From the IMG/VR virus record IMGVR_UViG_3300035498_000732, positions 1 to 64,000 of that record: a stretch of 64,000 bases of DNA. One strand, 5' to 3'. This document shows positions 9,876 to 19,423 of this stretch, in pieces. Below the pieces are notes generated by a model. It ran no database searches. It worked only from the letters and a program-made list of their open reading frames with translations, and was not told the origin of the DNA. The DNA is from a virus. Its lineage: Duplodnaviria; Caudoviricetes. Within the stretch, counting starts at the first letter, position 1; each line of letters begins with the position of its first letter. The translations under genes and the position numbers were made by a program.

Positions 9876-10742
9876 ATGGGTGAAAGAAGTGAGTTAAAGG
9901 AATACGTCACTAAGTTAGTATTCCAAAAGTATGCTGATGTAATAAATCAGTATAGAAAGGAGATAATACTCCTAAGAAAGACTATCCTAGATGATGTGCA
10001 TAGAGATCCTAATTATAAAGAGTCTTTAGACACTATATCCAGACATAAAAAGCTCATAGAAGCAAAAGTAAATTTGGCTAATGCGTATAGAGCTGAACTG
10101 GCTAGGGTAAAAGTAAACTATACAGATCCGACTATTAGAGAAGAAAAGATACGTGAGATATGCAGTATTCTCGTGGACATTCAAATCGATCTGACGCGTA
10201 TGCGTAATGGAGACAAGGTATCAAGCTATAACACCGAAATGGAATACTTTAATAAACATTCAAAGCATGCTCAATTATCTAAAGTAGAAGGTATGCTAGA
10301 TAATGTGATAAAAGTACGTGATGATGAAATTGATCGTACTGTAAAGTATGCATTGACTGTATTTAATATGATTAGATGCAAGCAATTTTACAATTTCGGA
10401 TATTTCATATACAAGGACACTGACTATATAGATGATAGTATAGAGAATAAGCTATCTGATAAATATAGCTGGTGGAGATCTAGAAAAGAATGTGAAGACA
10501 TGTATGAAAAACATGCCAAAGAAACTTATGGGGAGCCAATAAGTTCCATAATAGTGCCACCAATTAAGAATATGGTGAAGAATAAACGAGGAGTTAGCAG
10601 TGCTCATGAAATAAAATCCATAGATGAGATGGATGTATTCACGGGGTATGATTATGACATAGAGCTGCATGAATCTGATATGAAGGTATATCTTAATTAT
10701 GTATATCAGAAGAAGGGGTTCTTTAGTGGTAAATCTGTATAA
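9876..10742 (+). CDS. Hypothetical helical protein (early)
   Basis: AAGGAGG RBS before ATG 9876; early promoter ~9828-9837. Confidence 0.75.
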   Translation: MGERSELKEYVTKLVFQKYADVINQYRKEIILLRKTILDDVHRDPNYKESLDTISRHKKLIEAKVNLANAYRAELARVKVNYTDPTIREEKIREICSILVDIQIDLTRMRNGDKVSSYNTEMEYFNKHSKHAQLSKVEGMLDNVIKVRDDEIDRTVKYALTVFNMIRCKQFYNFGYFIYKDTDYIDDSIENKLSDKYSWWRSRKECEDMYEKHAKETYGEPISSIIVPPIKNMVKNKRGVSSAHEIKSIDEMDVFTGYDYDIELHESDMKVYLNYVYQKKGFFSGKSV

Positions 10743-10790
10743 ATTTTAAAGAGGAAACTTGCTTGTAATGAAAGTGAGTTTTCTTTTTTC

Positions 10791-10935
10791 TAAGTTCCGT
10801 AAAAGTTCAATTTTTCAATTATATAATATCATTATGATAAAGGATAAGTAATAACGCTTATCTAAACTTGTTTGCTAAGGGGATCAGAATGATCTTAAAC
10901 GAATAACGCCCTTGGAGAAAGAGAGGTACATTATG
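10791..10935 (+). repeat. Promoter + structured leader repeat, copy A
   Basis: Near-identical to 11310-11446 and 31447-31588. Confidence 0.9.
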
Positions 10936-11256
10936 AAGAAGAAAGTATTAAACTATACTCCGCATGACATTAACTTGTTTCTGCAGGACGGGTCCACGAT
11001 GACTATTAAGTCATCTGGATCTGCTCGAGTATCAAGTACCGAGACAGTAGTATCTACTGATCTCGGTATCCCGGAGACAATGACGGTATACGGTGATGTG
11101 GTAGATCTGCCAGCCCCGGCAGATGATACTATCATCATCGTATCACGTCTTGTACTGTCACGTTGTCCTGATAGGCCTGATCTTCGGGTTCCTGGCCTGC
11201 AGGTACGTGATAGTGACGGAAAGGTAATCGGTTGCAAGTCTTTGGCTCGCAACTGA
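10933..11256 (+). CDS. Phage hypothetical protein (NYTPHDI family), higher GC than the genome
   Basis: GAGG RBS; terminator 11260-11291. Confidence 0.8.
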   Translation: MKKKVLNYTPHDINLFLQDGSTMTIKSSGSARVSSTETVVSTDLGIPETMTVYGDVVDLPAPADDTIIIVSRLVLSRCPDRPDLRVPGLQVRDSDGKVIGCKSLARN

Positions 11257-11309
11257 TTACAAAAAAGGATAGCTTCGGCTATTCTTTTTTCTATGATCCT
11301 GCTGGAGAA

Positions 11310-11446
11310 TGTAAAAATACTCTTTTTCAATTATATAATATTATAGTGATACAGGATAAGTAATAGGCTTATCTAAATTTGTTTACCAAGGGGACTATAA
11401 TAGTCTTAAATGAATAACGCCCTTGGAGAAAGAGAGGTACAGTATG
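11310..11446 (+). repeat. Promoter + structured leader repeat, copy B
   Basis: Homologous to copy A with compensatory stem changes. Confidence 0.9.
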
Positions 11447-11872
11447 AGTATTATAAGTAAATATGCTGTTGATGGCTTTAAGACAGCATCAGATATGATT
11501 ATTAATAAAAAGCCATGTGATATCACATATGATATCACGAATGGGTCTCCGTTTTATACGGAGCCCGACAAAAGTAGTATATATGCTACTTTCGATGCAT
11601 TAAGGGGTGTTCATTTACTCTTTAACAGCATCGATGGGATGAGTGATTTAGCGCTTCTCGACATTAGTGCTCACTCATTGGTAGTAGAGGCATATGTCTC
11701 TGCTGCAATATCAACGAATGATTGGCCGGATGATCCCTACGAGCTGGGTGATGGGTTACCTTGCGTGCCCATGTCCAAGTTATGTTGGGATTATCTTAAG
11801 AAGATCATCGATGACCTTCTTAAGAAGGGCTACACCATCGATGATGATTGGAGAAAGGCTATCTTCGGATAG
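11444..11872 (+). CDS. Hypothetical protein
   Basis: RBS supplied by leader copy B; terminator ~11884-11920. Confidence 0.75.
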   Translation: MSIISKYAVDGFKTASDMIINKKPCDITYDITNGSPFYTEPDKSSIYATFDALRGVHLLFNSIDGMSDLALLDISAHSLVVEAYVSAAISTNDWPDDPYELGDGLPCVPMSKLCWDYLKKIIDDLLKKGYTIDDDWRKAIFG

Positions 11873-11938
11873 TCCTTCTCCAGAAGGAGTTCACACCAAG
11901 TGAACTTCTTTTTTTTTTTTAATAGAAAGGAGTATGCC

Positions 11939-12793
11939 ATGGAAGAAATGGTAGAATGTGTTAAATTTAAATATGGAGTCCCTATAACAGAATTAGCCCC
12001 TCAGGAACATACAAATTATTCTCCTAATATATACAAAGGAAGGCCTAAGTTGACAATACATCATGAGTTTAATGAATTTCCTGATATAATTCAATATGAT
12101 GATGTAAATCCAACAATATCTTCTCCTAATGAATTATGTGATATTCAATTTTATATGACTAAAGAGTCATTAATGGATGGAGATTTATATAGGCAATTCA
12201 TTGGTAATGCTGTATCCAGATTTAGAAGATCTAGGGCATATAAAGATATTAAATCTGGACTCATGTCTGCTGGCATGGATCACTGCCAGATATTAGGATA
12301 TATTAAAGCAGATGAGATGGCTACTGTAGAAATGCATCACAATATTATAGGAATAAGAGAGATAGCTCTTATGATTACTGAGCATATTGTGAATACCGTA
12401 GGAATCATATCTAGCTTTGATTTAGTTCAATTGCTCATAGAGGAGCATAGACTAAATAATATTCCTATAGTAATGCTATCAGAAACAATGCATGAGAAAT
12501 ACCATAGTGATCCTAATTCATTTATCCCGCCTAATATGACTTTTGGCAGATGGTGGGAATTATTATATAGATACCGGTATGGTATTACAATAGATATAGC
12601 AAATAAGATTATTTGGTATATCAATAAGACGGTAAATTCAGAAGATCCTTATAAAGATTTCTGGGTACAATTAAGAAAAGATGTAAAAGATTGGAGTGGT
12701 TATAATGTATATGGTACTGATCCTGGTGTTGATAATAGTATTGGCCTTATTCCAGATACCGCTATGGATATTAATCTTAAAAATATTGCCTGA
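11939..12793 (+). CDS. Jumbo-phage protein with HNH-like ExHH core; paralog of 22639-23514
   Basis: FRRSRAYK..C..VEMHH..IVMLSETMHEKYH..FIP resembles the 22639 protein. Confidence 0.55.
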   Translation: MEEMVECVKFKYGVPITELAPQEHTNYSPNIYKGRPKLTIHHEFNEFPDIIQYDDVNPTISSPNELCDIQFYMTKESLMDGDLYRQFIGNAVSRFRRSRAYKDIKSGLMSAGMDHCQILGYIKADEMATVEMHHNIIGIREIALMITEHIVNTVGIISSFDLVQLLIEEHRLNNIPIVMLSETMHEKYHSDPNSFIPPNMTFGRWWELLYRYRYGITIDIANKIIWYINKTVNSEDPYKDFWVQLRKDVKDWSGYNVYGTDPGVDNSIGLIPDTAMDINLKNIA

Positions 12794-13163
12794 TTATATG
12801 GTGGTAAAGCAAGAACAGCATGAGCTGGAAGAGGATAAGTTTTATTATGATATTGACTTTAAGGAAAAAGAAGATTTATTAGATAATATTGTAAATGAGG
12901 AGATTCAAAATTATTATATACTAGAATTAGGATATAAGAATCCTGAAGATATATATCTTAATGAAGAAACTCAGAAAGAACTCATAAAGACAATAACCTA
13001 TAGAATATACACTAAGAGAATGACAGCTGCTGTAATGTCTACTTTATCACATTATTATATATTTGGTAATGATACAGAATTGCAAAAGATAATATTAGAT
13101 AAAGTATCTCTTGGAATATTGAATCTTACTTTATCTACAAATACCACAAATATAAAATTGTGA
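12705..13163 (+). CDS. Membrane-anchored hypothetical protein
   Basis: Hydrophobic N-terminus; GGAG RBS at 12693; overlaps upstream gene by 89 nt. Confidence 0.65.
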   Translation: MYMVLILVLIIVLALFQIPLWILILKILPDYMVVKQEQHELEEDKFYYDIDFKEKEDLLDNIVNEEIQNYYILELGYKNPEDIYLNEETQKELIKTITYRIYTKRMTAAVMSTLSHYYIFGNDTELQKIILDKVSLGILNLTLSTNTTNIKL

Positions 13164-13414
13164 GAAAATACGGATGGCACTAAGCCATCCGCTTTTTCTG
13201 TCGTTATTTGTAGAGGAAGAAACGACGAGGTTTTTAATATGGGTCTAATCAACCCAGGGAAGGTTCGGCATACGGTGCGGATGGCAAGCCAAGGTTGTAA
13301 CAAATATAACTCAGAGACATGCATAAGTTAATGAAAGATGAGGCCTACCATCTCTTCGTACACCACGATGACAGATGGCCACGGCTGCAAGGATGAAAGT
13401 TACCGCAACCATCT
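13163..13414 (-). ncRNA. Candidate ~250-nt late multi-hairpin RNA with CU-rich loops
   Basis: TACA-N6-TA promoter 13425-13414; 13-bp 5' stem; further hairpins; bidirectional terminator 13164-13199. Confidence 0.6.
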
Positions 13415-13463
13415 AATAATATGTATGTGTATTAATAAAAAAAAATAAGATACACGTAGTACC

Positions 13464-14273
13464 TTATTTTTTATTTTTCAAATAAATATCTGACAAGATG
13501 CTTAGTAAGTCTTGTAAGAATCTTATATTCGTACTCGTGTCTACTAGTGGAATATCTATAGAATTTATATTTGAAACCACATAGGAATTTACATGTGATC
13601 TAAATACATACCCTGATAATATATTAAAATCACGGTAATATCCTGGGTCAGGTGATGACTTGGTAAGGATTACTTCTAAATATTGCTGAGAGAGTTTTAT
13701 TGCTTCCTCAGCTCCACTACTTAGTAGCTTGTAGAACATGTCACATAAGAATTTCATCATGTAATTCCTGTGCAATTCAAGCATACCATCATTAATTCCT
13801 TTGACATCTATAGTTTCTTCTCCATTCATTCTATCATATCCATAATATATTTCTAGATTTCCTATACGTATATAGGCATCATAGTGATTAGCAATCCTAA
13901 ATTCAATGTTTTCAAACTTAGTACATTGACAGGGATTCCCTATTACAAAGATTGCATCACTCTTAATAGATAATATATCACCATCACTTAGATGGTTTGA
14001 TTGAATAAATCTTTTTCGAAACTCTTCTATCCCTTGGGATTTTAATTCAGATATTCTAGGATCATTTCTTTGCATCATACCAATGTACACTTCTCTATAG
14101 TGCTTATCTGAATTATATAGATTGTCATACAGTTCTCTACTTATTGCTCCCATAAATAAGAGAACGTTGATATTAGCTTTTATTATATCATACTCCGTGA
14201 TATACTGTCCTACGATATATGGAATATTAGATATATAATTGGATCTTTTCCATATCTCATCCATTGTCATCAC
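13464..14273 (-). CDS. Short family B DNA polymerase-like (palm domain) protein
   Basis: Motif A-like EYDIIKAN and motif C-like SIKSDAIF; no exonuclease domain. Confidence 0.55.
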   Translation of the reverse strand: MMTMDEIWKRSNYISNIPYIVGQYITEYDIIKANINVLLFMGAISRELYDNLYNSDKHYREVYIGMMQRNDPRISELKSQGIEEFRKRFIQSNHLSDGDILSIKSDAIFVIGNPCQCTKFENIEFRIANHYDAYIRIGNLEIYYGYDRMNGEETIDVKGINDGMLELHRNYMMKFLCDMFYKLLSSGAEEAIKLSQQYLEVILTKSSPDPGYYRDFNILSGYVFRSHVNSYVVSNINSIDIPLVDTSTNIRFLQDLLSILSDIYLKNKK

Positions 14274-14760
14274 CTAAAACAAATTCATATCCACTCTTTT
14301 GATTGTTTAGTGCTGCAGCTTCTGCTAGCACAGATACTCGTTCTTTATCATAATCAAAATTACTTAGTCCCTCTAATGTAGAGAAACTTGCACCAGAGTC
14401 TATAGCACACATCAAATCATCTTGTGAATTGATTACATAGCAATTTACACCATATCTCTGTTGCACAAACTTCATAAATGACTCAGCAATATTTCCAACA
14501 AGATCCATATTCACTGTAAGATAAATATTCCATCCAGAATAATTATCATACATAACTCTCATAAGATCTCTGAATCCTGCTGAGTCATTCATTAACCAAT
14601 TGGCATAATACATATCAAAATCAAAGTCACTTATACTTTGATCAACTGGTGGAGGTAGAAGGTTTAACTTCTCTAATCCTTCCAGAGTTGACATGTAATT
14701 ATATACCTTGAAACCTTCTGGCAGACACATTATTACATCTGCCGGTCCTAAACAAATCAT
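14257..14760 (-). CDS. Hypothetical protein
   Basis: Overlap-coupled ORF in operon, GGAGG RBS. Confidence 0.75.
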   Translation of the reverse strand: MICLGPADVIMCLPEGFKVYNYMSTLEGLEKLNLLPPPVDQSISDFDFDMYYANWLMNDSAGFRDLMRVMYDNYSGWNIYLTVNMDLVGNIAESFMKFVQQRYGVNCYVINSQDDLMCAIDSGASFSTLEGLSNFDYDKERVSVLAEAAALNNQKSGYEFVLGDDNG

Positions 14761-15401
14761 GCGTGTCTCCTCCTAAATCTAACTGCTAATTCACAGTTAG
14801 GCATACATTTAGATCTAATACAGATCTCCTCATACACCTCATATGGATTAGGTGTAAAATCTTTAAGAGGTAAATCTCGTAATAATTTATCATAGATCCA
14901 TTGCTGCATAGGAAATCCAACTGTCTTGTTCATTAAATACTCTTGTGCTGATATATAACCAGACACATAGATAATATTATTGATTGTGTCTTCATATCGT
15001 ACATTGAATCCTGGTAATACTCCATCAGATCCAATAATTATCCCATAGTAATTCATAAAATGATTACATAATTGAACTACCCATGGTTCATCTATACCAC
15101 AGTCAGTCAGAAATATCATACTGCCACCCATGTGAAGATGAGCTAATATTACTGCAATAAACTCAGTTGGTATTTCTGACAGTAAATACTCGGTATACAA
15201 TTCATAGAACTTTTCTGCATCCCCATCAATCTCTGCTATCTTAGCCATAGTTGGTGGAAGTAAACAAGATCCTGGAACTGCATAAGGAGCATTTTGCAAT
15301 ATTGGTTCTTCTGATAATACTGCTATCTTATATCCATCTGCTTCTGCTGCAGCCACAGCATTTCTTACATCAGACATAATATATAGATTACCATATATCA
15401 T
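14757..15401 (-). CDS. Hypothetical protein
   Basis: AAGGAGG RBS; operon context. Confidence 0.75.
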   Translation of the reverse strand: MIYGNLYIMSDVRNAVAAAEADGYKIAVLSEEPILQNAPYAVPGSCLLPPTMAKIAEIDGDAEKFYELYTEYLLSEIPTEFIAVILAHLHMGGSMIFLTDCGIDEPWVVQLCNHFMNYYGIIIGSDGVLPGFNVRYEDTINNIIYVSGYISAQEYLMNKTVGFPMQQWIYDKLLRDLPLKDFTPNPYEVYEEICIRSKCMPNCELAVRFRRRHA

Positions 15402-15415
15402 AATGGTGCCTCCTT

Positions 15416-17230
15416 CTATACAGTGAATGGATTATAATTTATTGGCTGTTGTACCGGCTCTGCATTGAGTTCAGAATTATTAGATGGAATGAATCCTGTA
15501 TCTGTATTATATTCAACAGATCCAAGTTCATCTTCTGGAACCATTGGTTCTGCATCTTCTTTGACTTCTTCCTTGATATTATGCATTGCATCATCGATGA
15601 TAGTTTCAATTTCATCAGGGTCACTCAATTCCGATGCATCTTCATCATTCTCATCTTTTACTGATTCTTCTTTAACAATCAGCCTTGCTAATGCATCTTT
15701 AAATGCTGCATTGAATGGCTCTTCTTCCTCAACAGCATCTGAATCACTGGATGTATCAGATCCTAATTCATCATCAGGATTGATTTCCTCTTCAGACTCT
15801 TCATCTGTATGATGAACTTCCTCAGTTACTTCTACATCATACTGATCTTCATCATGCTGACCCGGAAATTCAACCTCATCATTAGATTCGGATTCATCAG
15901 TATACTCTTCCTCTGTAGTTTCTGCAAACTGGTCTAAATCATTCTTGCCAGGAAACTCAACTTCATCAGTTGATTCTTCTGTAGTCTCTACCTCTACAGT
16001 ATCTTCTATAGATTCTTCCTGCTCAGTAGTAACTACCTCTTCTACAGTTTCTTCAACTTCTGGCATTTCTGTCTCAATAACTTCTGGAGTTGTCTCTTCA
16101 ACTTCAGGCTCTTCTACTGGAATATGCCTTGGATTAACAACTGATGATTTTCCCTCACGTACATCAGTTACACATGCTGCTGATCTGCGGCTCATAGTAT
16201 TTAATCCTAATCCAGTATTTACTTTCTTCTGATTTACAGAGTTATTTCTCTTAGAAGGAGTATTGTTTGAATGCTTTTTCTTTCTCGGTAAAGCAACGTT
16301 GATAATACTCATCTGATCTGATGAATGCTTCTTCTCCTTCTTTGGTGGTTCAATTGTGTCTGTAGGCATTGTTCTTGAATCCACCTCTTTGATAATAGTA
16401 TCGCCTCTCTTAATTTGTAACTTCATATTCGTTGATATTCCTTTCTTTATTATTTCGTGTTTATCTTCCAATAATTGTAACTCTCTGGCATCATAATGTG
16501 CTCCACATTTTGTACAGATGATATTATTATATCCACCATCATGATCCAATGCTCCTCCACATATCATACCAGTTTTCGGATCTACTTTATTACAGAATAA
16601 TTTATTTCCATCTAATGGATATACTTCTGCATAATCCAGAATTACCGGTCCAAATGCATATGGATTATAACTGGTTGCAATTCTCAATCCATAGTTCATG
16701 AATGAGTCAGTTCCTATATCATCGACAACCAGTCTGCCATCGATCTTATAATAGATCAAATCAAATATATCAGATGCTATTGCCAGAAATTCTTCTCTAG
16801 ATAGAATTGGTTCTACTCTTTCAAATATTCCAATTAATCCTGTAGAATCTGTCTCATAGCATTTACAGCAATATGGTTTAAGATAATGCTGATTGTGAAA
16901 TTCTCTGATATTATCCATCAAAGATGATTTGTTGAGACTCACCTTTGCAATTATATTTGGTACTTCAAGATGTCTATATACGACTCTATGGGTACCAGAT
17001 GCAAATCTTGTGAATCCATAATAGCTCATTACTTTCTTGATTTCTGCTTCTTTATACATTATCTTACTATTGTACTTGATACTTGTAACCAATTTATACA
17101 AATAATCAAGATCCCTCTGCGGAATTAAAGAATATAATGGCGGTGCCATCATTGCATCATAATCAAAATCTGTCCTTGCATGTGTAGCATATAATTTAGA
17201 TAATAAATCTTCCCTAGCCATATCATTCAT
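15416..17230 (-). CDS. Protein-kinase-like domain + Zn ribbon + long acidic tail
   Basis: ASGTHRVVY (G-loop), IIAKV, DNIRE, DDIGTDSFMN (catalytic-loop-like), ILDYA (DFG-like), C..C..CTKC, ~230-aa E/D-rich C-terminus. Confidence 0.7.
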   Translation of the reverse strand: MNDMAREDLLSKLYATHARTDFDYDAMMAPPLYSLIPQRDLDYLYKLVTSIKYNSKIMYKEAEIKKVMSYYGFTRFASGTHRVVYRHLEVPNIIAKVSLNKSSLMDNIREFHNQHYLKPYCCKCYETDSTGLIGIFERVEPILSREEFLAIASDIFDLIYYKIDGRLVVDDIGTDSFMNYGLRIATSYNPYAFGPVILDYAEVYPLDGNKLFCNKVDPKTGMICGGALDHDGGYNNIICTKCGAHYDARELQLLEDKHEIIKKGISTNMKLQIKRGDTIIKEVDSRTMPTDTIEPPKKEKKHSSDQMSIINVALPRKKKHSNNTPSKRNNSVNQKKVNTGLGLNTMSRRSAACVTDVREGKSSVVNPRHIPVEEPEVEETTPEVIETEMPEVEETVEEVVTTEQEESIEDTVEVETTEESTDEVEFPGKNDLDQFAETTEEEYTDESESNDEVEFPGQHDEDQYDVEVTEEVHHTDEESEEEINPDDELGSDTSSDSDAVEEEEPFNAAFKDALARLIVKEESVKDENDEDASELSDPDEIETIIDDAMHNIKEEVKEDAEPMVPEDELGSVEYNTDTGFIPSNNSELNAEPVQQPINYNPFTV

Positions 17231-18476
17231 CCCTCCTCTTCATATTCCGTATCTTCTCTTCAAATATGGCTCGTCGTTCATCATACGTACTTTCTAGCTT
17301 ATTTTTTATAAAGTCTGGTAGATGCACTACATTATCCTCTACATTAGCAAACCTATTGGGGAATTGTTGTTCATTTAGGATACTATTCATAAACGTCCGT
17401 TTATCATACGTGTTTACAACTCCCTTTCTTCTTCTAGATTTCTCTTGCCGCAACAGCATATCTATATATAGATTTCCAGCTTGTTGCAAAAATGTATTAA
17501 GATCTGCATTAGGATCAATAAACTTATCATGATATGCCTTTACATTATTATGGTGTCTGATCTTATTGATCTGCTCCTGATTATCTACTACCTTGCTACA
17601 CTCAACTATATGAGCTACTTTAGCAAATTCTCTCTCTTCTTCAATCTCCTTCGGTGTTTTTCTTGTAAAATCTGGGTTATAAATTGCTTCTAATTCATCG
17701 TCCGTAATCTCCTCTCCTGCAAATGTATGAGCACATTTACTGATCTGCTTCATGTACTCAATATGGCCTCTACGCTGCTGTTCAATTTGTCTCTGAAATT
17801 CTTCCTGCCGTTTCTTTTCTGCAATAGGATTACCATATCCATACTGTGTAGGCTGCCCATAATAATTTCTGTTATTATTATAAGACATCATGGTAGGATT
17901 ACAAGTTGGTGTAGTAGGATTATAGATACTCGTATTCACAGGATCTACAGGTTCACCAGTATATGGCTGCTGGATTGGCTGTGGATAAGGATCATACTGC
18001 ACCTGAGGCTGCTGATATCCATACTGAGGATATGGTGCCTGATACTGCTGTTGATAGTCATATTGTGGATATGGCTGTGGTGCATGCTGTTGCTGATACA
18101 TTTGCTCTTGCTGTATCATCTGTAATGCAGGATTATAAGGATTATAATTAAAACCCTGCTGTGGGTATCCGTTATACTGCTGATACTGTTGTTCATATCC
18201 ATACTGAGGATATGGCTGCGGTGGAACCTCATAAGGATCTACCGGCTGATAATATTGTTGTTGAAAATTTGGGTTATAGTAGGTATTCTGCTGTTGTGGT
18301 TGTACAGTTACCTTTTCTCCATTTACCCATAAATACATGTCTTGTTGTGGTCCGTCATACTGCCCATTGTAACCATTATATCCAATTGCATATTCATTAC
18401 TGGAGGGCATGCCATTAGGCATTCCTCCAGTCTGACTTAAGATATAATTTACAGTGGGAGAACTCATATTCAGCAT
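17223..18476 (-). CDS. Protein with Q/Y/P-rich low-complexity N-half and charged helical C-half
   Basis: Repeated PQPYPQYGYQQ-like units; early promoter ~18508-18522. Confidence 0.8.
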   Translation of the reverse strand: MLNMSSPTVNYILSQTGGMPNGMPSSNEYAIGYNGYNGQYDGPQQDMYLWVNGEKVTVQPQQQNTYYNPNFQQQYYQPVDPYEVPPQPYPQYGYEQQYQQYNGYPQQGFNYNPYNPALQMIQQEQMYQQQHAPQPYPQYDYQQQYQAPYPQYGYQQPQVQYDPYPQPIQQPYTGEPVDPVNTSIYNPTTPTCNPTMMSYNNNRNYYGQPTQYGYGNPIAEKKRQEEFQRQIEQQRRGHIEYMKQISKCAHTFAGEEITDDELEAIYNPDFTRKTPKEIEEEREFAKVAHIVECSKVVDNQEQINKIRHHNNVKAYHDKFIDPNADLNTFLQQAGNLYIDMLLRQEKSRRRKGVVNTYDKRTFMNSILNEQQFPNRFANVEDNVVHLPDFIKNKLESTYDERRAIFEEKIRNMKRRDE

Positions 18477-18545
18477 ATAATATTCTCCTTTCTCTTTATG
18501 CTACATTTATAATATATAACTGAAGAGATAATTCACTTATCAATC

Positions 18546-19364
18546 TCAGATAGTATAGCTACCTGAGTAGTATCCTCTCTGAATAGTCTCGATATTAATT
18601 ATAAATTCATCAATATTACGTCTATCAAGATATGGAATAGTCATCATTCCCAAGTATAAAGCACTAAGAGCTGCCTTTATAATAATATCTTTCATTTTAG
18701 CTTCAGTTGTATTACCAGCCAATATAATATTATATAATGACATAATCAATGTAGACTTAATAGAACTATATTGATTAATCATCATTGCATCGAAATTATA
18801 ATATAATGAATTTCTAAACAATAACTTCTCTTCGCTTGAATTTGTTGCATAATTAAATCCCTCAAGATCTGATCTGGTAATACCATCTGTCATGAGAGTG
18901 TAATAAATATGAGAATCTTTTCCAAAGATCTCATTTGTCAATCTATTTATTATATCATATTTACTTATATATTTATAATCTACAGATTCTCCTATAGAGG
19001 CAATTACGTTATTTAATGCACTGCGTAAGTAAGAGCGATGACTATCGTTAAGCTTATATGCCATAGCACTGATAACCAAATCTTTCTTATTAGCAATCAA
19101 TTCACTAGTATACTCGCTATGTGGATTATTGATAAGAGTATTGTATTCTTCTGTATCACATCCAGATTCATATATTGCTTTTGATAAAATGTCATCTACT
19201 ATGTCATGGGTTGATGCGGAAAATTTATCCTCAAATTTAACACCCTCCATTACTTTATTCAAGCAATTTGATGATGGATTCTTCGGATCCACAAATGTAA
19301 AATCGTATTCTAGTGTTGTAGGTTGATTCATAAATCCTGATTTATCAAATTCTTTTTTTGTCAT
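18546..19364 (-). CDS. Hypothetical protein
   Basis: GAAAGGAG RBS before ATG 19364. Confidence 0.75.
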   Translation of the reverse strand: MTKKEFDKSGFMNQPTTLEYDFTFVDPKNPSSNCLNKVMEGVKFEDKFSASTHDIVDDILSKAIYESGCDTEEYNTLINNPHSEYTSELIANKKDLVISAMAYKLNDSHRSYLRSALNNVIASIGESVDYKYISKYDIINRLTNEIFGKDSHIYYTLMTDGITRSDLEGFNYATNSSEEKLLFRNSLYYNFDAMMINQYSSIKSTLIMSLYNIILAGNTTEAKMKDIIIKAALSALYLGMMTIPYLDRRNIDEFIINIETIQRGYYSGSYTI

Positions 19365-19423
19365 TGTATTTTCTCCTTTCAAGATAAAAAGAGAGAGCTA
19401 CCGTAATAGTAGCTCTCATGTAA

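Noticed and set aside
10912-10932. Shared N-terminal peptide MEKERY on ORFs 10912 and 11423
   Set aside because: Artefact of a TTG within the repeated leader; real starts are ATG 10933 and 11444 after the SD.
13055-13324. 89-aa minus-strand ORF
   Set aside because: Crosses a terminator, overlaps a gene antisense and lacks an RBS; better explained as ncRNA.
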